Notes: generated by a model not told the origin, from the letters alone. A stretch of 42,631 nucleotides of DNA from Candidatus Woesearchaeota archaeon (GCA_964405205.1 CAYOMU010000001.1:1-42631); one strand, 5' to 3'; shown: positions 17,050 to 26,945, numbered from the stretch's first letter. Numbers and translations: made by a program.

Positions 17050-17835
17050 AACGTAGGGAGCACTTTCTCCAGCATTAATAGTTGTGATAGATTTTATTTC
17101 AGTATATTTGTTTTTAAGCTTGCGTATCTCATTGCTTATTGCTGTAGTTTTGGAAGTATTGTAATAATCAAGAAATTTAAATAAATATATAATTCCTCTA
17201 CTTCTCAGATGTTTTAAAGCTAATGGTAAATAATCTTCTGCTTTCGTTGGGAGATTCATTATTATTTTATCAAATTTTTCGTCTAGTTTTTTTATTATTT
17301 TAGCAGCATCTCCGAGCAAAGGAACTACATTTTTAACTTTATTTAATTTGATATTTTTCTCGAGTAAATTGAATGCATACTTATTAATTTCTATTGCATA
17401 TACTTTCTTTGCAACCTTTGCTATTTCAATTGAAAATGGACCTACTCCTGCAAACATATCAAGTACAATATCATCTGGCTTTGTTTCCTCAACTACTATT
17501 TTTCTTACATTTTGTAGGGTTGGAGAGAAAAATACTTTTCTTATATTTACAAGCAATTGAGCTCCATTTTCTTTGTACAAAAATATGTTTTTATTTTTTC
17601 CTCCTATTAATTTAACTTTATAAACCCTTTCTACGCCTTCTGTTTTTCCTATTTTTAGAAAAACACTTTCTACATTAGGTATATTATTCAGTATAGCATT
17701 GCCAATTATTTTATTGTATTTTCCAAAGTCTTTGTTAGAAAAGATGATCAGCGCTTTCCCTATTTTTTCGTATCCATTTGGAACATCATTTAATATTTTA
17801 TCTGGTATTTTTCCTTTTAATAATTCTCTTATCAT
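17020..17835 (-). CDS. trm5: tRNA (guanine37-N1)-methyltransferase Trm5/Taw22 family (Met-10+ like)
   Basis: It has a SAM-binding DMFAGVGPFSI and a MNLP motif; length is 271 aa. Confidence 0.8.
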   Translation of the reverse strand: MIRELLKGKIPDKILNDVPNGYEKIGKALIIFSNKDFGKYNKIIGNAILNNIPNVESVFLKIGKTEGVERVYKVKLIGGKNKNIFLYKENGAQLLVNIRKVFFSPTLQNVRKIVVEETKPDDIVLDMFAGVGPFSIEIAKVAKKVYAIEINKYAFNLLEKNIKLNKVKNVVPLLGDAAKIIKKLDEKFDKIIMNLPTKAEDYLPLALKHLRSRGIIYLFKFLDYYNTSKTTAISNEIRKLKNKYTEIKSITTINAGESAPYVSRICFRIST

Positions 17836-18019
17836 GGTTTATAACGATTGGAATTGGATAAAATATAATTAAACCGCCAAGTAATATAGAAATAAACATT
17901 ACTATCAACATAACTAAAATAGAAATAATTATTGAACTGGCAAGTTTAAATTTTCTTTCTTTTTTAGTTGAGAACCTAATAAAAGGAAGAGCAAATACAA
18001 AGAAAAAATTCATTTCCAA
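17798..18019 (-). CDS. Small two-helix membrane protein, unknown
   Basis: This 73-aa hydrophobic ORF is wedged between leuS and trm5 and overlaps both. Confidence 0.35.
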   Translation of the reverse strand: MEMNFFFVFALPFIRFSTKKERKFKLASSIIISILVMLIVMFISILLGGLIIFYPIPIVINHDKRIIKRKNTR

Positions 18020-20703
18020 ATAATATTTATTTTTGGTCTTCCAGGCAATGCTTCTTTGTGGCCTTCTTTAATTTCCACTTCACTTGAAAATATTTTCTCG
18101 ATGTATTTTTTGCTTTCTATAAAGGCTGTTTTCTCTAACTCATATTCTCCAGATTCAATTATTCCTTTTTTAGCTAAAATTTTCTTAATTTCAATATCAT
18201 CTATTTCTTTCAGAATTTCTTTCACATTTTTTCCATTTTTCTTTTCTTCTATAATTTTTGCTATAGTATCAAATCTGCTTTTATCTGCAGTGTATATTTC
18301 TATTTTTGCAGGTTCTCTTCCTACTGCAGAAATTATAGCATTTATATCCTCTATTGTTTGATCCACTACCTTGAATGCCTTTTCTACATTTTCATCAATC
18401 TTTTGATCGTTAAATGTAGGCCAAGAATTATATGCTTCTAATTGCGTGCTTTGAAATATTGTATTAATTTCTTCAGTTATAACCGGGAAAATTGGATGTA
18501 ATAATTTAATTAATGTATTTATATATTCTGTTACAGTTTGTTTATTATTTCCTCCGGCATCTAGATACCATTTTAATTTTTCTATACCTTCAAAAAATGC
18601 TAAAACAAGAGCGTTTCTAAATCTAAAAGACTCAAGGTCTTCTGTTACTGATTTTATTAACCTTTGTTCAAAGCTTATTAGATATTTATCAATCAGTTTA
18701 TTTTCATCTCCAAAAGCATTTAGTAATTCTACTACTGATAAAAGAAAGTTTATCTTTTGATCATAAGATTTTAATTCATCAAGTGAAACATTTTCATCAT
18801 CTATTCCATTTCCGAGACAAGCAATCATTCTTAACTTGTCTATTCCTTCTTTTTTTACAAAATCTTCTATTAAAATTCCATTACCTTTTGATTTTGACAT
18901 TTTCACGTCGTTTATTTTAATCCAGCCATTAGTTTGTAAGCCTTTTGGCCACTTACTTTCATCAAAAAGCTCAACATGATTCATTATCCAGAATGTTATA
19001 TGATTAGGTATTAATTCTTTAGCAGTTATTCTCATGTCAACAGGATACCAATATTCAAAGCTTTCTCTCATTTCTTCGATAATATCTTTATATTGTTCAG
19101 GTATCTTCGCATCTTTCTTGTTTAGAAAAACATAATCAAACAATTCATCATTTATTATATCATTCGGTAGTTTCTTTATTAAATCTGCAATAGTGTAATA
19201 TGCCATATAGATAGTGGAATCACTTAATGGTTCAATAACTTGCGAATTGTCCCAAGGGAACGTTGTTCCTAATTCTCTTTCTCCGCTTCTTGTGCAAGCC
19301 TTATCTTCTAGATCTATAATCGAATTAATAAGCATATTTCTTGCCTCCTCAGGATAAATTTTCATTTTTTCTACTGCTTTTAGTGCTTTCTTTTTCCATT
19401 CTTCATCAGAATACTTAATAAACCATTGATTTTCTACAATTTTTACAATTCCTTTTGCTCCGCATCTACAAATTACAGGGTTTATAGTATCGTATATTTC
19501 ATCATACACTTTATGCTGCACTAATAACTCTACAATCTTTTCTTCACTATTGCTTACTGGAAGGCCATCAAAAGGAGTGTTTTTATTTAATATTCCTCTT
19601 TCTTTTTCAACTCTATAAAGATATTTTGTTGCTTCTTCTAATCCTTTCTTAGTTTTATTGAACATAGACATAACTTTTTCAATATCTAAACTTTCTCCAG
19701 GCACATCTATTACTTTTTTAGGAGTAATGTTAACATTCGCATTTTTAATATAGAAATAATCAAAAGGCGCATGAGCTGGAACTGACATTACTATTCCTGT
19801 GCCTTTATCATTTACAAAATCTGCAGGAAGAATTGGAATTTCTTTCTTATTTATTTTATCTCTTGCTGTTTTGTTTACTAGAGAGGCTATGTCAAAATCT
19901 TCTACCTCTTTTATTTCTTTTCCTTGATTTTCTAGTTTAATAATCGTGTCTTTAGCTACTACCCAAGTTTCATTATTTACTTTAGCTTTTACATATTGAA
20001 TCTCCGGATTGATCCAAAGATTTGTTACACCAAAAATAGTCTCTGGTCTTAATGTTGCAGCAGGAAGCACAAGATCATCAACATAGAACTTTATTATGTG
20101 AAACTTAACAGGGGATTCTCCTTCCCCTTCAGCTCTATCATGATCTCCTAAAGCAGTTTTTTCTCTTGGGCACCAAATTACAGGGTGGCTTCCTTTATAA
20201 ATTAAACCCTTATTGTATAAGTGTCTAAATTGCCAAGCTACAAATTTTTGAAACTGTGGATCAATAGTTTTAAATTGTTTGCTCCAATCAATGGAAAATG
20301 CTGCCTCTTCGAATGTTTTCTTTATTTGTTCAGCAAAATAACTTCCTAATGCTAGAGGATCTTCAAATTCTTTTAGCTCACTTTCTTTAATATTATACAC
20401 ATCTTTAAGTACATGAAGTAACTGAGTGTCTTTGTTTTTAATCTTTATACTCATTCCTACCAAAGGGCCGCCCGTAAAATGAAAACCTTGAGGCCAAAGT
20501 ACATTTAGTCCTTGCATTCTCTTAAATCTGGCATATATATCTGCTCTGCCCCAAGTATATGCATGACCTAAATGCACTGGACCGTCTGGATAAGGAATCG
20601 GTACAGTTATAAAGTACTTTTCTTTTTCTTTTTCGATTTTAGGCTTATTTTTCTTCCATTCTTCCTTCCACTTTTTTTCTATTTTTTCTCTATCAATGTT
20701 CAT
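18010..20703 (-). CDS. leuS: Leucyl-tRNA synthetase
   Basis: Class I motifs HLGHAYTW (HIGH) and KMSKSKGN (KMSKS) are present. At 897 aa it includes an editing-domain-sized insertion. Confidence 0.97.
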   Translation of the reverse strand: MNIDREKIEKKWKEEWKKNKPKIEKEKEKYFITVPIPYPDGPVHLGHAYTWGRADIYARFKRMQGLNVLWPQGFHFTGGPLVGMSIKIKNKDTQLLHVLKDVYNIKESELKEFEDPLALGSYFAEQIKKTFEEAAFSIDWSKQFKTIDPQFQKFVAWQFRHLYNKGLIYKGSHPVIWCPREKTALGDHDRAEGEGESPVKFHIIKFYVDDLVLPAATLRPETIFGVTNLWINPEIQYVKAKVNNETWVVAKDTIIKLENQGKEIKEVEDFDIASLVNKTARDKINKKEIPILPADFVNDKGTGIVMSVPAHAPFDYFYIKNANVNITPKKVIDVPGESLDIEKVMSMFNKTKKGLEEATKYLYRVEKERGILNKNTPFDGLPVSNSEEKIVELLVQHKVYDEIYDTINPVICRCGAKGIVKIVENQWFIKYSDEEWKKKALKAVEKMKIYPEEARNMLINSIIDLEDKACTRSGERELGTTFPWDNSQVIEPLSDSTIYMAYYTIADLIKKLPNDIINDELFDYVFLNKKDAKIPEQYKDIIEEMRESFEYWYPVDMRITAKELIPNHITFWIMNHVELFDESKWPKGLQTNGWIKINDVKMSKSKGNGILIEDFVKKEGIDKLRMIACLGNGIDDENVSLDELKSYDQKINFLLSVVELLNAFGDENKLIDKYLISFEQRLIKSVTEDLESFRFRNALVLAFFEGIEKLKWYLDAGGNNKQTVTEYINTLIKLLHPIFPVITEEINTIFQSTQLEAYNSWPTFNDQKIDENVEKAFKVVDQTIEDINAIISAVGREPAKIEIYTADKSRFDTIAKIIEEKKNGKNVKEILKEIDDIEIKKILAKKGIIESGEYELEKTAFIESKKYIEKIFSSEVEIKEGHKEALPGRPKINIIWK

Positions 20704-20743
20704 AGCTAATTATAAATTATTTCTTATTAATTAATAATTAATC

Positions 20744-22159
20744 ATGAAGAAGCTAGAGAATTTAGGAGAATGGTATGACAAAGCATTATTAGATGCAGAG
20801 ATGGTAGATTTTTCTCCAATTAAGGGGTTTGCAATATACAGACCATATCTTTATAAAATGTGGGAAATTTTTTCTTCAACTTTAGATTCAAAATTTAAAG
20901 AGAGAGGTGTGGAAAATAGTTATTTTCCTTTGCTGATTCCTGAAAGTATTTTATCAAAAGAAGGGGAGCACATTAAAGGATTTAAGCCAGAAGTAGCTTG
21001 GGTTACTGAAGCAGGGGATTCTAAGCTACCAGAGAGATACGCAATTAGGCCAACATCTGAAACAATAATGTATAACTCTTATGCAAAATGGATAAGAAGC
21101 TATAAAGACTTACCTCTTAAATATAATCAATGGAACAATGTAGTTCGTTGGGAAACTAAAGAAACTAGATTCTTACTTCGTGGAAGGGAATTTATTTGGC
21201 AAGAAGGACACTCTGTATTTAAATCTGCTGATGAAGCAGATAAAGATGCATATGAAATGCTTAAGATTTATAAACAAGTTGTTGAGGATTTATTAGCTGT
21301 GCCTGTATTTGAGGGCATAAAGAGTGAGAGTGAAAAATTTGCGGGAGCAGTTAAAACATATACTATTGAGCTAATAGTTGATGATGGTAAGGCAATACAA
21401 ATGGCAACATCACATTATTTAGGCCAGAACTTTTCTAAAGTTTTTGATATCTCTTTTTTAAATGAAAACAATCAAAAGGAATTTGCATATCAGAACAGTT
21501 GGGGTATTTCTATAAGATCTTTAGGAGCAGCAATGATGTTTCATGGTGATGATAGGGGGCTTATATTACCGCCAAAGATTGCACCAATCCAATTTATCAT
21601 TGTTCCAGTGTATAAAGGCGATGAGTCAGATAATAAGATAGAAAAATTTGGAATGGAAATAATGAAAAAGATAAGCTCGCTTAACTTAAGAGTAAAGATA
21701 GATACCGATAGAGATAAAACTCCAGGATGGAAATACAATTACTACGAAGTTAAAGGAGTTCCTTTCAGAATAGATATTGGTGAAAAGGAAGTAAATGAGC
21801 AGCGTATCTCGATTAAGAGAAGATTTGATAGCAAAATAATTAGTATAAACGTCAATGAAATAGAAAAATTAAAAGAATTAGTTGAAAGTACAAACAAAGA
21901 CATGTATGAAAAAGGGAAAGAAAAGATTAATTCTTTGGTAAAAGAAACTTATAATAAGGAAGAAGCATTATCTCTTCTTAGTAATAGTAAACCAGTAATT
22001 ACTTCTTGGTGTGGCTCCGAAGAGTGTGAGGCAGAAATTAAGAACAAATCTGCAGCTACTTCACGTTTAATATTTTTAGATGAAAAACCAAAATTAGATG
22101 TGTGTACATTTTGCGGTAAAAAAGCCAGATTTCAAGCATTATTTGCAAAATCTTACTAA
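20744..22159 (+). CDS. proS: Prolyl-tRNA synthetase, archaeal/eukaryotic type
   Basis: It has class II motifs, a C-terminal Zn-binding module (CGSEECE ... CTFCGKKA) and the conserved terminal Tyr. Confidence 0.95.
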   Translation: MKKLENLGEWYDKALLDAEMVDFSPIKGFAIYRPYLYKMWEIFSSTLDSKFKERGVENSYFPLLIPESILSKEGEHIKGFKPEVAWVTEAGDSKLPERYAIRPTSETIMYNSYAKWIRSYKDLPLKYNQWNNVVRWETKETRFLLRGREFIWQEGHSVFKSADEADKDAYEMLKIYKQVVEDLLAVPVFEGIKSESEKFAGAVKTYTIELIVDDGKAIQMATSHYLGQNFSKVFDISFLNENNQKEFAYQNSWGISIRSLGAAMMFHGDDRGLILPPKIAPIQFIIVPVYKGDESDNKIEKFGMEIMKKISSLNLRVKIDTDRDKTPGWKYNYYEVKGVPFRIDIGEKEVNEQRISIKRRFDSKIISINVNEIEKLKELVESTNKDMYEKGKEKINSLVKETYNKEEALSLLSNSKPVITSWCGSEECEAEIKNKSAATSRLIFLDEKPKLDVCTFCGKKARFQALFAKSY

Positions 22160-22160
22160 G

Positions 22161-22664
22161 ATGGAAAGCTATATTTATTACAACGCAATAGCAAATAGTT
22201 ACGAAAAGTTATACAGAGAAGAACAACTACAAAAAGCTCTATTCATTAAAAGAATATTAGATGGATATAACATAAAAATTGCGTTAGATGTTGGAGCTGG
22301 CACTGGAATATTAGAAGAAGTCTGCTCAAATACAGTTTTTGATATAGTAGAACCATCTATTTCTATGTTGAGAATATTAAAGTCTAAGCATTTATCAAAC
22401 ATAAGAAAAATTTATGATAAAAAGATTGAGGATATAGATGTTAGAGAAAAGTTTGATGCTGTAATTTCTCTTACTGTTTTACAAGATGTCACTGACAAAA
22501 AAGAGTTTGTTAACAAACTATTTTCATTTTCAAAAGAAAGAGGATTAGTAATAATATCTTACCTTGATAGATCAAAAATCAATATTAAAGATTACATTGA
22601 TAAGATTCCGATTGTTTCTCAATCTGTAGCAAACGATAAAATAAATGTATTTTTAAATGTTTAA
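22161..22664 (+). CDS. Class I SAM-dependent methyltransferase
   Basis: Motif I LDVGAGTGIL is present. The start is taken at the ATG at 22161, just after the proS stop; the longer ORF lies inside proS. Confidence 0.8.
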   Translation: MESYIYYNAIANSYEKLYREEQLQKALFIKRILDGYNIKIALDVGAGTGILEEVCSNTVFDIVEPSISMLRILKSKHLSNIRKIYDKKIEDIDVREKFDAVISLTVLQDVTDKKEFVNKLFSFSKERGLVIISYLDRSKINIKDYIDKIPIVSQSVANDKINVFLNV

Positions 22665-22676
22665 ACTTATTATATT

Positions 22677-22934
22677 ATGAACGAAAGAATAGAATCACAT
22701 TTAATTATTGGAAAACCAGTAGTTAGTAAAAGTGGAAAAAAGATGGGCATAGTTAAAGATCTTATCTATGATGTAAGAAGTGGCGAGATTATTAATTTTT
22801 CAGTTAAAGATGCTACTTCATATGCTAAAGAATTTAAATTAGAAAAAGATGAAGAAGGCGATATATTATTGCCGTATTCTGCTGTAATTTCTGTGGGAGA
22901 TTTTGTAGTAGTTTCTGAGGAAGATATTGTTTAA
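22677..22934 (+). CDS. PRC-barrel domain protein
   Basis: The pattern GKPVVSKSGKKMGIVKDLIYDVRSGEIINFSV is PRC-barrel-like; length is 85 aa. Confidence 0.65.
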   Translation: MNERIESHLIIGKPVVSKSGKKMGIVKDLIYDVRSGEIINFSVKDATSYAKEFKLEKDEEGDILLPYSAVISVGDFVVVSEEDIV

Positions 22935-24589
22935 ATTTTTACTTTTTTGATTAAAAATCCTCCTGGAGGTAATAATCTGTCTATATTATCTTTTTGAATT
23001 CTGTACTTCATTTTTTTAGCTATTGTTTTGACAATTTCCTCTGTATTTCGTTTTCTTCCAGGTTGTATTAAAAAGAAATGTTGAGTTTCATGAGCATAAG
23101 GCAAGATTTTTAGTAATCCATCGCTTATTTTATCTATTCCTAGATAAATTTGGTTAACAGCTGTAATATAATTTCTACTTCCTTTTATATAAAATGCTCC
23201 TTTCTTAAGGAATTCGCCGCTTGGAGGAGACTTTGAAACTTGCTCTCCTTTTACATAAAATACCTTTACATTGCTAATTTGCTCTTTCCAAGCTGAGGAA
23301 TATGAGGCTGCTATAGTTGCAGCCTCTTCTATTTCTTCTTCATTAGGCTCACCCTTTAAAATTACAAATGGCGCACCCATGATATCGGCGTGGAAAACAT
23401 TATCTTTGCTATCCAGATATTTATTTATTAGTAAGTTATTTTGCGTTTGATCCTTTCCCCAAACAATAAGTTTATTATTTTTACTAAATGAATATAAAAA
23501 TCTAGCGTACCACTTGTTTTCAAAGTATAATTTAGCTTCTTTTATGTTCTGCTCTTCTTTTTTGTATTTTGTTTTAATTCTTTTCAACTTTTCATATAGT
23601 GCATTTATTAGATCATATGGATTTTGTTTTATTCCTATACTAACATTATCGATGATAAATTTATCGTTACTTAATTCGATTCCCAGGTCTTTTATTTGTT
23701 TAACTCTTTCAGAAAATGATAGATTTTTATCAAGAAGTATTTTTTGAGCTTCAAAAATTTTATCTATGTTGTTTTGAATTGTTTGAATTTGTAATTGAAT
23801 TATATTGTTATCTGTTTTATCTTTTTGTTTATTTGCTGTGAGTTCTTTTTCAAGAATTGCAGCGTTCACAGAATCAAATTGTTTCTCATTGCATTTTATT
23901 GTTGTAATTTCATCATTGCACACTGAAGGAATGTATTCTTCTATAAGTTGTCTATAAATTTTATATAAGTTATCTAAATTATTTTCATTTAAATTACTTA
24001 TTGGAGTAGCTGTATCAATATTGGATCGTCTGCAGATTTCATTAGCGTACGTTCCTCCAAGATTAAGGTCTATTGCTAAAGCTGTTACTATAGTGTTCTT
24101 TTTACTGTTTTTTATTTTTTGAGAGAACTCTTCATAATTTTGAATAATCGGTATTTCTATAGTGTTATAGGTTTGCCCTTTTTCTATTTTCCTTTTACCA
24201 AAGTTTTTGTAATTGTTTGCAGACAATATCATGTTTTCGTTGTCAGTTATAACTATTATGCCAGGATTATAAAATTCTGCAAATATTTTAATCGTAGGAA
24301 GCAAAATTACTATTGTTCTATTTAATCCAAATATTTTCGAGTCCAAAATTTTTTTCCCTATTGTTTTTTCAAGGAAACTAACTATTTCATCATTTCTTTT
24401 TTTGTTAATGATTTGATTATAAAAGAAAGGATACTCTGGAACATCTAAGTATAATATTCTTTTTCCTTCCTTCGTAAATAGTTCAAGGGCATATCCTTTT
24501 TCGGTTAAGGCAGCATCATTTATGTAAGCATCTTTTATATTTGGTTGTATTTCTTTATTCCAAAACTTATACAGATCAAGAGAATTCAT
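22931..24589 (-). CDS. NFACT-family protein (Rqc2/NEMF/RqcH homologue, ribosome quality control)
   Basis: There is an N-terminal NFACT-N-like region, a central coiled coil, and a C-terminal NFACT-R/DUF814-like FHADIMGAPFVILKG. Confidence 0.75.
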   Translation of the reverse strand: MNSLDLYKFWNKEIQPNIKDAYINDAALTEKGYALELFTKEGKRILYLDVPEYPFFYNQIINKKRNDEIVSFLEKTIGKKILDSKIFGLNRTIVILLPTIKIFAEFYNPGIIVITDNENMILSANNYKNFGKRKIEKGQTYNTIEIPIIQNYEEFSQKIKNSKKNTIVTALAIDLNLGGTYANEICRRSNIDTATPISNLNENNLDNLYKIYRQLIEEYIPSVCNDEITTIKCNEKQFDSVNAAILEKELTANKQKDKTDNNIIQLQIQTIQNNIDKIFEAQKILLDKNLSFSERVKQIKDLGIELSNDKFIIDNVSIGIKQNPYDLINALYEKLKRIKTKYKKEEQNIKEAKLYFENKWYARFLYSFSKNNKLIVWGKDQTQNNLLINKYLDSKDNVFHADIMGAPFVILKGEPNEEEIEEAATIAASYSSAWKEQISNVKVFYVKGEQVSKSPPSGEFLKKGAFYIKGSRNYITAVNQIYLGIDKISDGLLKILPYAHETQHFFLIQPGRKRNTEEIVKTIAKKMKYRIQKDNIDRLLPPGGFLIKKVKI

Positions 24590-25062
24590 TGATAAGTCGT
24601 TTTTAACGCAGAAATGAAACTATCTATTTCTTGCTGCAATCTAGTACTTCTATCTTTTCTTTGTTCTTCGTTTATTTTATCAAATAAGGGGCGCATTAAT
24701 TTCATAATTCCAGTGCTCCATTTATCCTCATAGTCCAGTACTAAATTTCCTGAAACACTTAAATTTATTGTCCCTGTTTTTACTGTTGTAGGCGTGTTAT
24801 CTTTCATCATAGTTGTATCGGATACATTGGTAATCTGGATTTTAATTGATAATGAATATTTCATATAATCATCCAATAGCTTTTCTCCTATCATTTCTGT
24901 ATTATAATTGTTCTTTCCTTTATCAGATGTTTGTTCAAATTTTGTTTCGGTTACTGTATATCCTAAATTCGTTAAGAGCGTTTTAATTTGATTAAGAAAA
25001 TTATTAATGTTTATTACCCCGGTATATACAAACGTTTTTGACGTAATTGGTATACTATCCAT
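24586..25062 (-). CDS. Hypothetical protein
   Basis: The ORF is coupled by an ATGA-type overlap to the downstream NFACT gene. The start is taken at the internal Met (MDSIPIT) just after the aglH stop. I recognise no motif. Confidence 0.45.
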   Translation of the reverse strand: MDSIPITSKTFVYTGVININNFLNQIKTLLTNLGYTVTETKFEQTSDKGKNNYNTEMIGEKLLDDYMKYSLSIKIQITNVSDTTMMKDNTPTTVKTGTINLSVSGNLVLDYEDKWSTGIMKLMRPLFDKINEEQRKDRSTRLQQEIDSFISALKTTYQ

Positions 25063-25069
25063 AATTGAA

Positions 25070-26101
25070 TTATATAAGAATAGTAATAAATAAACCAATA
25101 ATTCCCAGTAAAATTTCTATTCCTGTTAGAATTAATACAATTTCATACTCTTTGAACCTTCCTCTAGTGTAGAAAATATGAGTTAGAGAATATATTTTAT
25201 TTCCATGTGGTGATTTTAAAGTGCCATCAGATTGAATTATTCCCCAAGAATGTGCGTGAAAATGAGCTCTTGCTTTAAGTATGAACTCTATTAACCAAGG
25301 TAAACTCAAGAATAAGGCAAGCGTATACGCATGTGAAAGAAAAACCGATTCGCCAAGAATTATTCCTAGTAAATATGTTAAACTATCTCCAGGCAATATT
25401 TTTGCTGGATATGATCCGTAATATACGTATCCTAGCATTCCGCCTGCAGCAATTACTTCAATTGCTAATGCATTCCAATTTTTTAATAGAAAAGAATTAA
25501 TTCCTAAAAATGAAACTGCAACTAAAACTAGATAAAGAGAAAGTCCGTTTAATCCTTCAAGCATATTTACAACATTAGTATAGAAAATCAATATTATAAT
25601 TTCAAGGAAAATTAGTAACCAAATAATCGAAGTAAAATTGATTGTAATACCAAATAAATTTACTATTGGGTTTATAGGAATCAATAGGAAAGGTGTTATT
25701 GATAGTAAGCTCCAGAGTACTTTTTCTTTTTGAGGAATTCCTCCAGCTAAATATTCTTTTAAAGCTTTTTTGAAAAATTTTGCTAATCTTATCTTGTTTT
25801 GTACGATGTCATCTAAAAATCCAATCAATGTAGCTAACATCATCGAAGTCAATGTTAAAAGAAAGTAAATCAAATTGGTTCCACTATTTACAAATTTATT
25901 TTCGAATAAGAAAGCAATCGCTCCAAACATAATTCCTATTAACAGTAAAATACCTCCGCTAGTAGGAATTGTTGGCTTATTTGGTTTGTTTATATCTACA
26001 GCAAGTATTAATGCTCTGTGTAAAATTGATTTAATATAATTTCCTAATAATAGTGTACTTAAGAACGAGATTATTCCAGCAACAGCGATTTCTAATAGCA
26101 T
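25070..26101 (-). CDS. aglH: UDP-GlcNAc:dolichyl-phosphate GlcNAc-1-phosphate transferase family (MraY/WecA/AglH, GT4 polyprenyl-P transferases)
   Basis: It has GFLDD and NMLEGLNGL motifs and about 10 TM helices. Confidence 0.85.
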   Translation of the reverse strand: MLLEIAVAGIISFLSTLLLGNYIKSILHRALILAVDINKPNKPTIPTSGGILLLIGIMFGAIAFLFENKFVNSGTNLIYFLLTLTSMMLATLIGFLDDIVQNKIRLAKFFKKALKEYLAGGIPQKEKVLWSLLSITPFLLIPINPIVNLFGITINFTSIIWLLIFLEIIILIFYTNVVNMLEGLNGLSLYLVLVAVSFLGINSFLLKNWNALAIEVIAAGGMLGYVYYGSYPAKILPGDSLTYLLGIILGESVFLSHAYTLALFLSLPWLIEFILKARAHFHAHSWGIIQSDGTLKSPHGNKIYSLTHIFYTRGRFKEYEIVLILTGIEILLGIIGLFITILI

Positions 26102-26139
26102 AAATTAATAATTATGTTTAAATTAATTATTTGTTATAA

Positions 26140-26212
26140 AGCCCTGTGGTGTAGCGGTCAAGCACGCCGGGCCTTGGCCCCGGAAACTCCGGTTCAAATC
26201 CGGACAGGGCTA
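26140..26212 (+). tRNA. tRNA-Gln (anticodon TTG) with C at position 33
   Basis: The cloverleaf has acceptor AGCCCTG/CAGGGCT (A1-U72, A73, typical of archaeal tRNA-Gln). The anticodon stem is CCGGG/CCCGG, the loop is CCTTGGC and the T-loop is TTCAAAT. Confidence 0.85.
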
Positions 26213-26213
26213 T

Positions 26214-26286
26214 GCCAGGGTAGCTCAGCTGGCAGAGCGCTTCCTTGGTAAGGAAGAGGTCGCGAGTCCGAATCTCGCCCCTGGCT
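26214..26286 (+). tRNA. tRNA-Thr (anticodon GGT)
   Basis: The cloverleaf has acceptor GCCAGGG/CCCTGGC, anticodon loop TTGGTAA (GGT at 26247-26249), and T-arm GCGAG-TCCGAAT-CTCGC. It starts 1 nt after the tRNA-Gln discriminator. Confidence 0.9.
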
Positions 26287-26288
26287 AT

Positions 26289-26690
26289 TTAATATAAAAG
26301 TTCAGCTACACCGCCTATTAGAATTAATACTATGCCAGCGATATATCCTCCTACAGATGCAGGAATTGTAAACATTCCTAAAATCATAGATATTACTGCA
26401 TACGCTTTTTTCTTGTACTTGGCTGTTAATGCCCCAAAAATCAATCCTAGTATGCTTGCTGCCAGACCAATGTAATTTAAGAGCAGCAGGTAATTTATCA
26501 AGCCTGGTGTTACATTCATGTATTTTAATGCATTTATTATAGCAGGAAAACTAGATAGAGAAATTATTATTAGTAGAGAAGCAGCCAAAGTTATTGCGAA
26601 TCCGACCTCTATTAAAATAGGTGGCCAGATCTTTCTTTCTTTTTCTTCTTTCCTTAATATTTTCCTGCTTTTACTTCTTTTCCTTTCCAC
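26289..26690 (-). CDS. Four-helix membrane protein with basic N-terminus, unknown
   Basis: This is a 133-codon hydrophobic ORF. The start codon at 26690 is GTG and no in-frame ATG occurs before residue 58. Confidence 0.5.
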   Translation of the reverse strand: MERKRSKSRKILRKEEKERKIWPPILIEVGFAITLAASLLIIISLSSFPAIINALKYMNVTPGLINYLLLLNYIGLAASILGLIFGALTAKYKKKAYAVISMILGMFTIPASVGGYIAGIVLILIGGVAELLY

Positions 26691-26696
26691 AAAATT

Positions 26697-26704
26697 TTTA
26701 AAAA
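26697..26704 (+). promoter_or_regulatory. Candidate TATA box for rps17e (leaderless geometry)
   Basis: TTTAAAAA is centred about 26-27 nt upstream of the ATG at 26727. Confidence 0.3.
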
Positions 26705-26726
26705 TATACAGATATAAATCTTTCCC

Positions 26727-26945
26727 ATGGGAAGAATAAGGACTAAAGTAATTAGAAGAAACACAGCTATAATAGTTTCACTAGCTAAAGATAAATTGAA
26801 CGATAATTTTGAGCACAATAAGATAATTATAAAAGATTATATTCCTGAGAAAAAAATCAGGAATAAAGTTGCTGGCTACGCAACTTACTTATTTAAGCAC
26901 AATAAGGTAGATGAATTTTTAATTAAATATAGGAAAAGGATCTAA
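26727..26945 (+). CDS. rps17e: 30S ribosomal protein S17e
   Basis: MGRIRTKVIRR ... NFEHNK ... IRNKVAGYATYL matches the eS17 pattern. Confidence 0.9.
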   Translation: MGRIRTKVIRRNTAIIVSLAKDKLNDNFEHNKIIIKDYIPEKKIRNKVAGYATYLFKHNKVDEFLIKYRKRI

